Positions 27,801 through 40,048 of a stretch of DNA of 64,000 nt are shown here, in pieces (within the stretch, counting starts at the first letter, position 1; the number at the start of each line of letters is the position of its first letter). The stretch covers positions 186,001-250,000 of the forward strand of contig CM026548.1 of assembly GCA_014905635.1 (NCBI GenBank), written 5' to 3'. Both the position numbers and the translations under genes were made by a program. Source of the DNA: Scenedesmus sp. PABB004 (taxonomy: Eukaryota). The notes below the pieces were generated by a model. It had not been told where the DNA came from, searched no databases, and saw only the letters and a list, made by a program, of their open reading frames with translations.

Positions 27801-28871
27801 GGGCGCGCGGGCCGCCGCCTGCGGCTCGTTGCCGCTGCAGCTGAGCGCCGAGCCTTGGCTGCTGCCGCAGGGCTCGCATGCCTCAACCGGTTCCGCCGCC
27901 AGCGAGACCGACGCCGGCACGTGCAGCTCCGCGCCGCTCAGTCCCGCCAGGGCGGCGGGGCCATGGTGCACCTGCGGCGCCTGCTCTGGGCTCGCCGCCT
28001 GCTCTGGGCTCGCCGGTTGCGTTGCGCTGTCGCCGCCGCCGCCCTCGCTGCCGCCGCCGCAGACGGCGCCGCCTCCATCGCTGGCCGCCTCGGCCACGCT
28101 GCTCGCCTCGCCCCCGCTGCAGCGCCGCTCCGGCTCCGGCTGCCGCCGCGGCTCGGGGCTCGCGGCCATGGCCAGGCGCGGGCCTGCGCCGCGGGGTCGC
28201 GCGCGCCGCCGGTCCAGCGCGAGGCGCCAGTGCGCCTGGATGATGCGCGCGGCCACATCGCGGCTAACCGCCTCAAACTCGCTGTCGGTCAGCGACGCCA
28301 GCACGGACGCCTCGCCCGGCGCGGCCGGCCGGCAGGGGCTGCTGCTGGTGGCGTCGCTGCTCGCGGCCGCCGCGAGCAGCTGCGCGGTGTCGTCGCCGCC
28401 CGAGCTGCCCTCGCGGCTGGGCACGGCGTGCGTGCTGTGCGCGCGCGCGGCGCCGCCAGAGCCAGCCGGCGGCCCCCCAGCTGCTCCGCCGCTTGCCTTG
28501 CGGACCGGCGTCACGCGCGCCGGCCCCGCTGGCCGGGCCTGCGCGGCGGGGCGAGCGCTGCTGGCGGCCGCCGCGCCGCACTGCCGTGGGCGCTCGTAGT
28601 GGCGCGGCAGGATGCCCGTCAGGCCCAGTCCGTTGGGAGGCTGCTTTGACTGCCGCTGCGGGAGCCTGGCAGGCTTGAGCTGCGGCGGGCAGCGCGGAGC
28701 GGTGGGCGCCGCGGCGCGGCAGCGCGCCGCTGCGCGGCCCCGGCGGCGGCGCCGCCCGCGCACCTGCTTGTCGGGGCTGAGCGGCCTCGAGTCATCATCA
28801 TGCGAGGCGTCGCAGAGGAGCGGCCCTCGCCTTGAGGCGGAGAGCTCCTTGAGCCGGCGCACGCCCGCCAT
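24892..28871 (-). CDS. CEP131: Centrosomal protein CEP131/AZI1-like coiled-coil protein
   Basis: IQ-like AARIIQAHWR; KLGAVMAYLDAV; RHLALIDRLLADKEVL; KTAEIKEQTVKGLEVEVQRLIARH; VEARVRGVVARKDEAIEAL. Confidence 0.85.
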
Positions 28872-29223
28872 CCGCCCGCTGCAGCGCCGGCGCCGGCCCG
28901 CCGGGCGTCGTGGGGTGCTCCCGGCGCTCGATGGGCGATCGTGAGGCGGCACGGGTGCAGGCTCGGCGCGGGAGGCGTTCAAGCGTTGCCGTTGACTGTC
29001 GCGAGACCGCCGCGCACTCGCGCCGTTCCAGCGCGCACATCACGCGCGGGCGTGGCGCGCCCCCGACCTGTTCAAACCCGCGCGGTATCGCGCGGCCGCC
29101 AAAACCCTCGCCGCCGGGCGTGCGTTGCGCACGCAAACACCTGCAGCATTTCCTCCCCCCGCAGCATTTTCTCACCAAGGCAGCCCCCCTGCCCGCAACA
29201 TCATCACAAGCCCGCCCCAGCGC

Positions 29224-32200
29224 TCAGTCCCGCACCGCGGGCGCGGCGCAGCACGCCCACCAGCCGCCCCCCACGGGCGTGGCCGTCGCCGGGGGAGCCG
29301 GCGCCGGCGTATCGTCCGACGCCCGCGGCGCGCCGCCGCTGGCGGCGGCGGCGGCCTCGGCCTGGGGCTGCTGCTGCTGCTTCAGTTCCATCACGCCGCC
29401 AAAGCCCAGCACCCTTGGCTCCGCGATGTGAGGGTGGTCGTGCGGCTGCTGCAGCACAAGCTCCATTGCCGCGAGCGTGCCGTCCTTGCAGGCGCGCTCC
29501 GCCTCGCCGCCCGCGCCGCGCCGCACGCCGCCGCCGTCCAGCGAGCGGCGGGGCGCCAGCGGCGCCGGGCCCGCCGATGCCGGCGCGCTGCTGGTGCGGG
29601 GCGCGGCCGCGTCGTCCAACGGCCCGCGCGCGCGCAGCTCCTCAAACGCCGCCGGCGCGTCGGCGCCGGCGCCGCGCAGCGGCGCAACCGCCGCTGATGC
29701 CGCTGCCCTGCTCGTGACGCTGTGCGCAGGGCTGCGCCCCGAGGCGTCGCCCGCGGTGGAGACGGTCGAGGCGCCGCGCGCCTCGCTGCCGCCCGCCTGC
29801 GCAAAGCAGCTGCTGTCGGGCGTGGCCTCGCCGGCGCCGCGCGCAGCGCCGCCCCGAGGCGCGAGCGCGACTGCTGCGCTGCCGGCGGTGGCGTGCCCGT
29901 CCGGTGCAGCAGCGCCTCCTCCTTCAGCGAGCCTGCGCAGCGGCGGCGGGCGCGGTGCAGCGTGGTCGGCGGCCCCCCTGCGCGGCCGCGCGCCGCGCGC
30001 GCCGCGCCCCCGCCCGCAGCGCACGCACCCGTGGAGGAGCTGTGGCTGGAGGCAAACGCCCCCGGCGCGCTGCTGCGCAGCAGGCTGGGTCGCCCCGGTC
30101 CGCCGCCGCCCAGCGCCGCGGAGCTGCTGAAGCCGAGCCCGCGTGGCGTCGAGTTCGCGCGCGGGCTGCGCCCCGCGGCTGAGCCGGGGGCCGAGGAGCC
30201 GCCGCCGCCGCCGTGGCCCTGCTGCCCCGCTGCCGCGGTGGCGGTGAGCGAGCCGCTTGACGAGGTGCGCACGAGCAGGCTGCGCAGCGCCATCTCATCA
30301 AGCGGCACGCCCAGGGCGTCGATGAGGGCGCGGCTGCTGCTGCTCGTCACGCTGCTCACGCTCGCCGCGTCGCTGTTGTCGCCGCCGCCCTCGCCCGCGC
30401 TGATGCTGCCGCCGCGGCTGGCGCTGCCGGGCGCGCCCGGCCAGCCCGGCCAGCCGTGCCCCGCGTCTCCGTCGGCCAGGCACAGGCCCCCGAGGTGGTG
30501 GTGGTGGTCCGCCGTGGGCGCGTGCCCCGCCGCGCCCAGGCCCGCCACCCACGCCGCGGCGTGGCCGTTGGCCAGGCCGTTGGGCAGGCCATTGGGCAGC
30601 TCCTCGCTGTCGCCCTCGCCCTCCTCGGCCACCGCCGGCAGCCCAGCAGCCTCGTGCGGGCCGGGCGGCAGCGCGCCGCGCGCCTCCTCGGCCGCGCCGC
30701 CGCCTGCGCGGCCCGGGGCCACCGGCGCGTCCTCTGGAATCTCGCTCAACTGAAGGCTGCGCCGCTGCGCGCGCGCGGTGGGCGTGCCGCCGCCGCGGCC
30801 GGCGCCCGACACGGCGGGGCTGCCGCCGTCGGCCGGGGCCCCGCCCGGCGCGGGCGCGTCGGGCGCGGGCGCCGCGGGCGCGCCGGCGCCGCGGTCCTGC
30901 AGCGCCGGCTCCTCGCTGGGCGCGGCCGCGGCCGCGGCCGCGGCCCGCTCCTGCTGCGCCAGCTCCTGCGCCTGCGCGGCCTCGTCGGCGGCTGCCTCGT
31001 CCTGCAGGGCCGCCGCCGCGACCGCCGCCTCCTCCTCCTCCTCCTCTTCGGCCAGGGCGAGCATCTTGGCTGCAAAGCTCTTGCTGCTCAGCAGCGCCGC
31101 CGCGCCGCCGCCGGCCGCCGCGGCGCCCGCGGCCGCCGCGACCGCCGCCAAGCCGCCGGGCCCCGTCGACGTCGCCGGCGTCACCGTCGGTGTGGGCGGC
31201 ATGCCTGGCGTGACGGGCGCGCTGAGCGAGCTCGACGGCGTGGCGCCGCCGGACGAGCTGCTGCCGCCAAACGCGCCGCCCGACAGTGCCGGCGGCAGCG
31301 CGACCGCCGGTGTGCTCGCGCCCGACCGCACGTCGGCCGGCGTGTTGGCGGGCGTGGCCGCCCAGGCCGGCGTGTTGGCGGGCGTGCCCGGCAGCGCCCA
31401 GCTGCCGCTGCTGCGCCGGCTCGCGCTGGCCGAGCCGCCGTCCAGCACCACGCCCGCCGCCGGGCTGCTCGCCAGCGCGGGCAGCTCGCAGCTCGTGCTG
31501 GGGCTGCTGCCGAGGTCGGGCAGCGGCCCGCTGCGCCCCGACTGCTGCCGCGACAGGCAGGCGGGCGTGGACGGCGGCGTCGCCGTGGCGGGGTGGCCCC
31601 CGAAGCTGCTGCCGCCGCCGCCGAGGCCCGTGAAGGAGCTGCTCGGGCTGGAGCTGCTGTGGGAAGCTGCCAGCGAGAGCGCGCGCACGTGCGGCAGGCC
31701 CGTCAGGCCGCCGGAGCCGCCGCTGCTGCCGCGGCGCAGCGCGAGGCCCGCCGCCGCGGCCGCGGCGGCGGCGGCCGCCGCTGCGGCGCGGTCGGGGGCG
31801 GCGCGGCCCGCCTCCTCCTCTGCGTGCTCCAGCTCCGCGCGCTGCACGACCGCGGCGCACACGCTGGCCGCAAGGCCTGCCACCAGGGCCTGCACCTCAC
31901 GCTCCTCCTTCTTGCTCCAGCGCTCGCCGGCGCCGGAGCCCGAGCTGCCCGAGCGGCGCAGCCAGCCCAGCACGGCGCCGACCGCGCCAAAGCGCCCGCT
32001 GCCGCCGCTGCCGCCGCTGCGCTGGAGCCGCTGCTGCGGCGGCGGCGGCGGCGGCGGCTCGGCGGCGGGGCCAGCCGCCGTCGCGGCGGCGGCGGCGGCC
32101 GCCGCCGCCGCCGCCGCAGGCGTTGCCGCTGCCGCCGCGGCACCCGCCAGCCGCTCGTGCTCGGCCGCCGCGGCGACGACGCTGTCGATGAGAGCGACGA

Positions 32201-33346
32201 CCAGCTCGTGCACTGCCAGCGCGGCGGCGTCGCCTTCGCCCGAGCACGGCGCGGCCGCCGCCGTCAGCGCCGCCCCGGCTGCGGCCTCCCGCGGCTCGCC
32301 GCCGCCGCCGGCCGCCGCGGGCGCGCCCCTGCCGCCCCTGCCCGACAGCCAGCTCAGCATGCCGCGCTGCTGGCCGTGCCCGCTGCTGCCGCTCGCCGGC
32401 GCGGCGGGGTCGGCGGCCTCGGGCGCGGCCGCGCGCCACCGCTGGTCGCGCGCGGCGCCGACGCCCGCGACGTCGCGCGCGGAGCTGCCGGCGCCGCCGG
32501 CACCCGCCGCGCCGCGCTCCTGCTGGTCGTACGAGGCCGCCGCGGCCTCGAGCGCCGCGGCCACGGCCGCGGTGCCCGCCGCGGCTGGCGAGACGCCGTC
32601 GTACGCGCCCAGCGACGCGCCGGGCTCGCCGCCCGCCGGCAGGGGGCCGCTGCTGCTGCTGCTGCCGCTGCTGCCCGCGCTCGACTTGCGCACGAGGCGG
32701 CTCGCAGCGACGCCGACCATGCCGGCGCCGGGCTTGGCGGCCGGCGCGTGGTAGCGCTGCGGCCGCCGCGCGGGGCTGGTGCCTGCCGCGGCGCGCGACT
32801 GCGGCTGCTGCTGCGGCTGCGGCCGCCGCTGCGCGGCGCCGCCGCCCGCGTCCGCGCCGCGCGACGTGTCGTCGTGGGGCGCCGCGGCAGCGACGTCCGC
32901 GTCGCACCCCTTGGGGCGCTTGCCGCCGGGCGCGTCGCCAAACGACGCGCTCGGGCCGTGCTTGGGCCGGGCTGCGGCGGCGGCGGCGCCCGGCGGGCGC
33001 GGCGCGGCGGCGTGAGGGGCAGGGGCCGGCGAGCAGCAGCGCGCGCGCGCGGCGCCGCGCGGCGCCGCGGGCGCCAGATCGCCCCCGACACCGCGCTGGC
33101 CGAGTCAGCGCGACCCTGGCGGTCCGGCGCCTCGGAACGCTGCCGGCGGCACTGTGCCGCGGCCGCGCTCGCGCGGCGCGGGCGCGCAAAGCGGATGGCG
33201 CCCTTCGCGCGCCTCCCCCGCGCGCATCGCGGCCGCGCACCTGCTCGCGGAGACGGAACGTGGACGTCGTCATCGTCGCTGAGCTCCACGCTCTCCAGGT
33301 GGAACGAACGGAGGCGCTGGGGCGCGTGCGCTGGTGCGGCCTTCAT
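29224..33346 (-). CDS. Unknown large Ala/Gly/Ser-rich protein; 5' exon structure uncertain
   Basis: Long exon of about 2.9 kb with coding-like composition, spliced at about 30027 to a terminal exon ending GWWACCAAPAVRD*; no recognisable domain. Confidence 0.6.
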
Positions 33347-33712
33347 GCGCGTGCTCGCTCGCGTCGACGGCGCTAGCTCCGGACTGGCATGGGCCAGAGG
33401 TCACGCCACGCAGACGCCACGCGCGCGCGGCAGGGCGATGAGCGATCGCGCGCTCCGGCGTGCGTGGGAGGCGAGGGTGAGCGGGCTGCTCCTCCTTGGC
33501 GAAGCGCGGCTGAGCCCGGCGCCTGCGGGGGTGTGCTGGCTGCTGCTGTGCCGGGCTCCGGGAGCGCGCCCGGGGTTGAATTTTCAGCGCCGAAAAACCG
33601 CCGCCGCCGCACCCTCGCTCGCGCGCGCTGACACACTCTCCTCGCTGCTCCCTCTCCTGGATTCTTCGTCGCCTGCTCACCCCTCAGCCTCCCTGACCTG
33701 TGATGAAGACCA

Positions 33713-35901
33713 TCATGCGCGGAAAAGCAGCAGGCTGGCAGCCATGATCGCCATGCCGCCCACGCACGCCGCGGTCACGTACGTGTCGGCGGGGTCGTAG
33801 CGCAGCGCCGTGGGCAGGAGCTCGCGCAGGGAGATGAAGACCATCATGCCCGCGACAAAGGCAAACGACGCGCCAAACGCGAGCGGGGACATGCCGTTGC
33901 CCTTGAGCACGCCGTACGCGAGCAGGCCGCCCAGCGGCTCCGCCAGCCCCGACAGCATCGCCCAGGCGAAGCCCTTGGCCCGGCTGCCGGTCGCGTAGTA
34001 AATCGGCATCGCCACGACCACGCCCTCCTGCGGCCGCGGCGGCAGCGCGGGCGGCGAGTCGGCAGCGCGGCGCGGCGGGCGGCAGCGGCGGCGGCGGCGG
34101 GCGCGGCGGCGGGTGCCGCCTTGGCCTGCGCCTTGATTTTGTCAAGTGGCCGGCCACTAGACAACATCAAGGCCGGACGCCTGACAAAATCAAGGCGCAG
34201 GCCAAGTGCGGCTTGACCATCTCGGAAAAGATCATGGGCGGCCGCGGATGCGGCGGCGGCGGCGGGTGCGGCGGCGGCGGCGCCCGCACCGGGATGTTGT
34301 GCAGCGCGATCGCGACGGCGATGGCCACGCCGCTGACGGGCGACGAGAGCGTCGCGACGAACGTGGCGACCCCTTCAGGCAAATTATGAGCAGCGACGGC
34401 CAGGGCCGTCAGGAGGCCCATCCTGGACAGGTCAGCGGCGTGGTGGTCCGCCTGCAGCACCGCGACGATGGAGGGGCTCGCCTGCGCGAGCGCGGGGCGG
34501 CCGCGCGGGGCGCGTGGGCGCGTGGGCGGCGCTCCTCGGGGCGCCGCGCGGCGCCGCGCCGCGCCGTGCGCCGCGCGCTGCCGCGCCGCGCCGTGCGCCG
34601 CGCGCTGCCGCGCCGCGCCGCACGTCCGGTGGGATGTCGAGCTCCACGTGCCGCGTGGCGGCGCCGCAGGCGCAGCTGCACTCGCTCGCGGCGGACGAGC
34701 CCGCTGTGTTGCCCGCGCCGCACTCGCACGCGCACGCGCCGGGGGCGGCATGACGGCCGGCGCGCGCATGGGGCAGGCGTCGGCGTCCTTGGCCGACAGC
34801 TGCAGCGACCCGCGCGGGGAGGCGGGGGGCTTGGCGACGTCGCGCGCGCCGGCGCGCGCGTCGCCGCCGCCGCGCGCCTCCTCGTCGCCCGCGGCGGCGG
34901 CGGCTGCCGCGGCGGCGGGGGAGGGGCCCCGCCCGGCGTGCACCGCCGGCGGCGCCGGCAGGTTGGCGGCCGCGGCCTTGCGCTCCTGCGGGCGCGGCGG
35001 CGGGGGCGCGGCCGCGCGGCGGGGTCGGGCCGGGTCCGCGCCGCCGCGGGCGCTGCCGCTGCGCGGGGCGCGCCGCCGCGCGCGCGGCGGCGCCGGCGCG
35101 GGCGCGGGGCGCGGGGCGCCAGGCGCGGGGCGCCGGGCGCCGGGCGCACCCTGCGCCGGCGCAGGCGGTCGGCGAGGTGCGCGAGCGCGTGCACGAGCAG
35201 GCCGAGCACCCAGGTCGCGGCGACGCCGGCGAAGAAGGCGAGCGTGGCGTAGCGCATCGCGGCCGCGGGCGGGTGCCCCGCGTCGCCAAACGCGGCGACC
35301 GCCTTGAGCATGAAGATCTCAGCGAACGACACGTACTGCGGCGCAGTGGCGCCAGGGGCGGCCGCGGGCGCGGTGACGAGGGGCGGGGCGGCCCCGCAGA
35401 GCAGCTGCGATGCTGCCGCGATCTCCTTGCGCGCGCCGCCGCGGCGCCGCGCCGGCGCGCGCGCGCTGCCGCTGGCGCCGCTGCCACGCCCCCCGGGGGG
35501 CCGCTCACGATCATCACGCCCGCGGAGGCGCCCAGGGCGGCGGCGAGGAGGCGGTGGTTTGCGCGGTTCGCACAGCACACCATCGTGGCGCCGAGTGCGG
35601 TGCACAGGCCCGCCGCGATGACCAGGCCGAAGGCCAGGCCGACATTTCCTTGGACGGCCTGAGCGCGGCGGCGGTCGGACGCCGCGCGTGGGGGCGGGGC
35701 GAGGCGCGTGGGCGGAGCTGGGGCCGGGGACAGATGCTCCGAGCATCTGCTGCCCGCCCCCGCGCGCCCGCGGCCTGAGGCGCGCCGTCGCCGCGCGCTG
35801 CGCCGGATCTCCACGGGGGCCACGCCACGCGCGCCGCATGGGCCACACGCGCCCCAGGGCGACCAGGCCGCGCGCGCCCGCAGTCTCGCGCGCCGCACCA
35901 T
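33713..35901 (-). CDS. ZIP family (ZupT/GufA-like) metal transporter; first coding exon is ATG only; apparent frameshift near 34743
   Basis: [78 protein letters not shown]. Confidence 0.93.
34120..34206. repeat. Perfect 25-bp inverted repeat with a nested degenerate arm in the last ZIP intron
   Basis: cttggcctgcgccttgattttgtca (34120-34144) pairs with tgacaaaatcaaggcgcaggccaag (34182-34206). Confidence 0.95.
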
Positions 35902-36296
35902 CGCGCCCGGCGTAAAAACTGCCTCGTTGGCGAGGCAGCAAACACCGCCGGGCCGACGGCCTTGGCCTAGCTCAGCCCAGCGTGCTGCGTGGGAGAGAGC
36001 GACCGCTCTCTGCTGCTCTCCGCGCCTCGATCCGCCCCTGCGGGCGCGGCTGCGTGTGGTGGAGCTCGTGGCAGGACTGCCGGCTGCGGGGGGCGAGCGG
36101 CGGACGGCCGGCCGGCGGCTGCGCGGCGGCAGCGGCGCAGCGCCGGGGCGCGTCTCAGCGGGGGGCGCACACACGAGCCCCTGGCGTCCCAGCCCCCGGC
36201 CTCCTCAGCCCCCCTGCTGCTCCCACCGCCGCCGGCAGTGCACGCCGTCCGCGCGCCCAGAGGCACCGGCAGCGGCAGCGGCCGCTGCGGCGGGGC

Positions 36297-37219
36297 ATGC
36301 CGCCGCCGCTGGCGGCCGCGCGGCGAGGGGCAGCAGCTCCCCCTGCAGCGGCCGTCCCGCGGCCAGCGGGGGCCGGCGCAGAAGCCGCGCCGCCGCTCGC
36401 GCGCCCGCGGCAGCGCCCGGCGCCGGCGGCGTGGCGGGCGCCCGCGAGGCCGCCGCCGGCGACGACCCTCTCGCGCTGGCCTTCCTCGGTGACGCCATCT
36501 GGGCGGTGAGCGGCGGCGGCGGCGGCAGCCAGCTGTGGTGGCAGCCGCGCGCCCCCACGCGCCCGCGCGCCACATGCTGCCGCCGCCGCCGCCGCCGCAG
36601 CTGTGCGTGCGCCGGCACTTCCTGGAGCCGCCCAAGCGCCACGCGCTCTACCACGCGGCGGTGGCGCCCTGGATCACGGCGGAGGGCCAGGCGAGCCGCG
36701 GCGCGCGTGACGCAGTCCCGCTCCTGTGCGCCTGCGTAGGCGGCGCGCGCCCCGCCCGCCCTGACTCGCCCGCCCCCGACCCGCCCCGCCCTCCCTCGGC
36801 AGGCCGCCGTGCACGACGCGCTGCTCGGCGTGTCGCCGCCGCTGCTGACGGGCGGCGAGGCCGCGCTGCTCGCGGCCGCGCGGCGCGCGGGCGTGCGGCT
36901 GCGCGCGCGCTTCGCCGGCGGCGCGGGCGCAGCCGAGGCGTACCGCAAGGCCACCGCGCTGGAGGCGCTGGTGCGGCCGGCCCCGGCGCGCGCCGCCGGC
37001 GCGGCGCGGCCGCCTCGTGTGCCGACGCCGGCAGCTGACTCGCGCGTGCGCCCCGCCCCGCGCGCGCAGGTGGGTCACCTCCATCTGACCGCCCCCGACC
37101 GCCTAGACGCGCTCGTGGCCGCGCTGCTGCCGCCGCCGGGGGCGCCGCGCGGGACGCCGCCCGGCAGCGTGCTCGGCACGCCGCTGGCCTCGACCGACGG
37201 CGACGGCGGCGCGGACTGA
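36297..37219 (+). CDS. Mini-ribonuclease III family protein, 4 exons; apparent frameshift near 36456
   Basis: DPLALAFLGDAIWALCVRRHFL, WITAEGQA, YRKATALEALVGHLHL. Confidence 0.85.
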
Positions 37220-37338
37220 CGAGGGCACCGGGGGGGGGGATCGGACCGCTGTCGGCCCAGCTGCGACACGCTGGCGCGGCGGCGAGACGAGCCAGCGGGG
37301 CTGCGTGCGCGGCTCGCACGGACCGCTCTCTCGGTGCG

Positions 37339-37343
37339 TGTAA
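37339..37343 (+). promoter_or_regulatory. Putative TGTAA poly(A) signal of Mini-III
   Basis: TGTAA 120 nt after the stop. Confidence 0.6.
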
Positions 37344-37439
37344 CAATAGCTGACCGAGCCCCGCCACCGCGACCAGTCAGCGCTGGCCCCCTCTGTGCTC
37401 AGCCGGCGCGGGCCGCCGCGCCGCCTGGCGCGGCGCCGA

Positions 37440-39703
37440 TCAGTGCTGGTCGCCGCCGCCGCCGGCCGCGGCGCGGTCGCCGTGGATCATCGCCTCCAGG
37501 AAGAACTCGCCGGCCTTGTACGACGACCGCACCATCGGCCCGCTCGCGACGTACCTGCGCCGCGCGCCGCGGTCACCGCCGCCGCGGTCAGCGGCGGCGC
37601 GGCCCGGCCGCCGCCGCCGGCGCCGCCGCCGAGCCGCGGCGCGCGCGGCGCCGCGCTGCTTGGTCAAGGGCCGCCCCGCACCTGAACCCGACCTCCTCCT
37701 CGCCGAAGCGGCGCCAGCGCTCAAACGTCTCGGGCGGCACCATCTCGACCACGGGCAGGTGCTGCGGCGTGGGCTGCAGGTACTGCCCAAGCGTGAAGAT
37801 GTCAACGCCGCAGTCCTGCGCGGCGGCGGCGCGGCGGCGCGCCGGCACAGCGCGGCGCAGGGCTCGGCGCGTCGCGCGGCGCCGCGCGCACCACACTGCA
37901 CAGCCACGCACGCAGCACCCCACGCCCCACACAAACCGCCCCTCGCACACACACACACAGCCCCCAACACAGCCCCCACACCTCCCAACACCCCCCCCCC
38001 CCAACACAGCCTCCCACAGCCCCGCCCACGCAGCCCTGTCGCGCCTTGAGGTCGAGCATGGTGTCAATGACCTCGTCGTCGCTCTCGCCCAGGCCGAGCA
38101 TGATGCTGCTCTTGGTGTACACGCCGACCTGGGGTGTAAGGGTTCAGGGTTGAAGGGTCAACGGGTGGCGGCGGCGCGCGGGCGTGGGCGGCGGGTGCGC
38201 AGTCGTGAAAAAAAGGGGTTTTTTTGCGTTCAAATCGGTGTGAACAGCGTTGGATTCAGGGCCGCGGGCGCCCCCGTGCGGCGGCGCCGCACCTCCTTGG
38301 CGGCGCGCAGCACGGCGAGCGTCTGCAGGTAGCCCGCGCGCGGGTCGCGCACCTGCGGCGCGGCGCGGCGCGGCGCGGGTCCGTCGTGCGGCGCGGCCGG
38401 GCGCGGCCGGGGCGCCGTCGCCGGCCGCGCGCCCGCTGGCAGGCGCCGGCCGGCGCGGGACCGGCCGCGCCGGGCGCGCGCCGCGGGCTGCGCACCCGCT
38501 TCTGCAGCCGCTCCACGGTCTCCACGTTGTGCGCAAACACGTCGAGGCCGCTGCCGGCGAGCATGCGCACGGCGGCGAGGTCGCCGGCAAAGTCGGGGGT
38601 GAGGCACTCGACCAGGATGCCGGGCTTGGCCGCCTTGAGCCGCCGCACCGTCTCGGCAAAGTGCGCCGCGCCGCCGTCTGCCCGGCGCGCGCGCGCGAGC
38701 GTGCGGCGGGCGCGAGTCAGCCGCCGGCGCCGGCGCCGCGGCGCGGCGCGCAGGGGCGGCGGGCGGCGGGCGGCGCGCACCGGGCAGGTCGTCGCGGTCC
38801 ACGCTCGTCAGCACGACGTAGCCCACGCCCCAGCTCGCGACCGCGCGGCGGTGTTGGCGGGCTCGTCCGGTCGGGCGGCGGCGGCGTGCTGCGCGGGCGG
38901 CCGCGGCGGCGACAGGGCAGCGGCAGGGGTGGGCCGCGCGGCGGTGGTGGCACGGTGCGTGGCGTGCGGGCACGCGGCGCAGCGCGGGCGCCGCCCGCGC
39001 GCCGCACCGCGCGGTGTTGACGGCGCAGAAGCGGCACCCGCGCGTGCAGGTGTCGCCAAGCAGCATGATGGTCGCCGTCGCTGCGCGGCGGCGGGCGCGG
39101 CGGCGGTGGGCGCGGCGCACCGGCGCGCGGCGGGCGCTCCCGGCGTGCGCGGCCTCGGCGGCGCGCCGGCCGCCGCCCCGCCCGCGGCGCCCCGCCCGCT
39201 GGCGCACCCATGTCGCCGTTCCAGCACTCCCCGATGTTGGGGCACTGCGCCTCCTCGCACACGGTCGCGAGCTTGAGGCCCCGCATCTGCTCGAACAGCT
39301 GCCCGTACTTCTCGCCCTGGGGCGCGCGCTGGCGCAGCCACGGCGGCTTGCTGGAGTTGGGGAGCGAGCCGAGCGAGGGGCCGAGCATCGCCGACGGCGG
39401 CGCCGCCGCCGGCGCGCGCTGCGCGAGGTGCTGCGCCGCCAGCGGCGCCAGCGTCGGGTCCTTCTCCACCGCCAGGCGGACCAGCTCCGCGAACGCGTCG
39501 CCCGACGCGTTCGCCTCGGGGCCCGCCTCCGTCGAGGCCGCCGCGAGGCGGGGGCGGCGGCGCTGCCGCCGCTGCTGCTGCTGCTGCTGCCGCGGCGCGC
39601 ACGCGCTGCCGCCGAGGCCGCGGATGCTGGCGCCGCTCGCGCGGCCGCAGCGCGCCGCCCTCATCCCGCAAGCACCGGTCCCGGGGCGCGCGGCGGCCTG
39701 CAT
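37440..39703 (-). CDS. LIP1: Lipoyl synthase (radical SAM), organelle-targeted, 8 exons; two apparent 1-nt deletions near 38847 and 38870
   Basis: [87 protein letters not shown]. Confidence 0.96.
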
Positions 39704-40048
39704 TGGCGCGGTGAGGCCGCCGACTGCTGCTGCCCGGGCCCGGGCAAAAAACGCTCGCGCGCGCGCTCCCAGCCGCCGCGGTGCGCCGCGGGATGGAGAA
39801 TTGTCGTTCTCGCGGCGGCGCAGGCGGTGGAGAGCTGCGCGCTGGCCGGGCGGCGGCGCTGCGCTGCTGCCGCTGCTCGCTCAGCGGCTTCTGGCCGCGT
39901 GCGGGCGCGTGGCTCGGGGGCGCGTCGATGTCACCCAGGCGCACCAGCAGCGACCCGCGGCGCTTCTGCGCCGCCCGCGCCCGCCCGGCGCCGCGTGCCC
40001 CCTCGGGCGCCGCCCGCCCGCTCGGCCGCTGCGCGCGCGCCCGGCCGC

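Noticed and set aside
34545..34622. 27-bp GC-rich tandem repeat in a ZIP intron
   Set aside because: Low-complexity slippage typical of these introns
38228..38237. B-box-like GTTCAAATC suggesting a tRNA or SINE
   Set aside because: No cloverleaf or A box in the flanks
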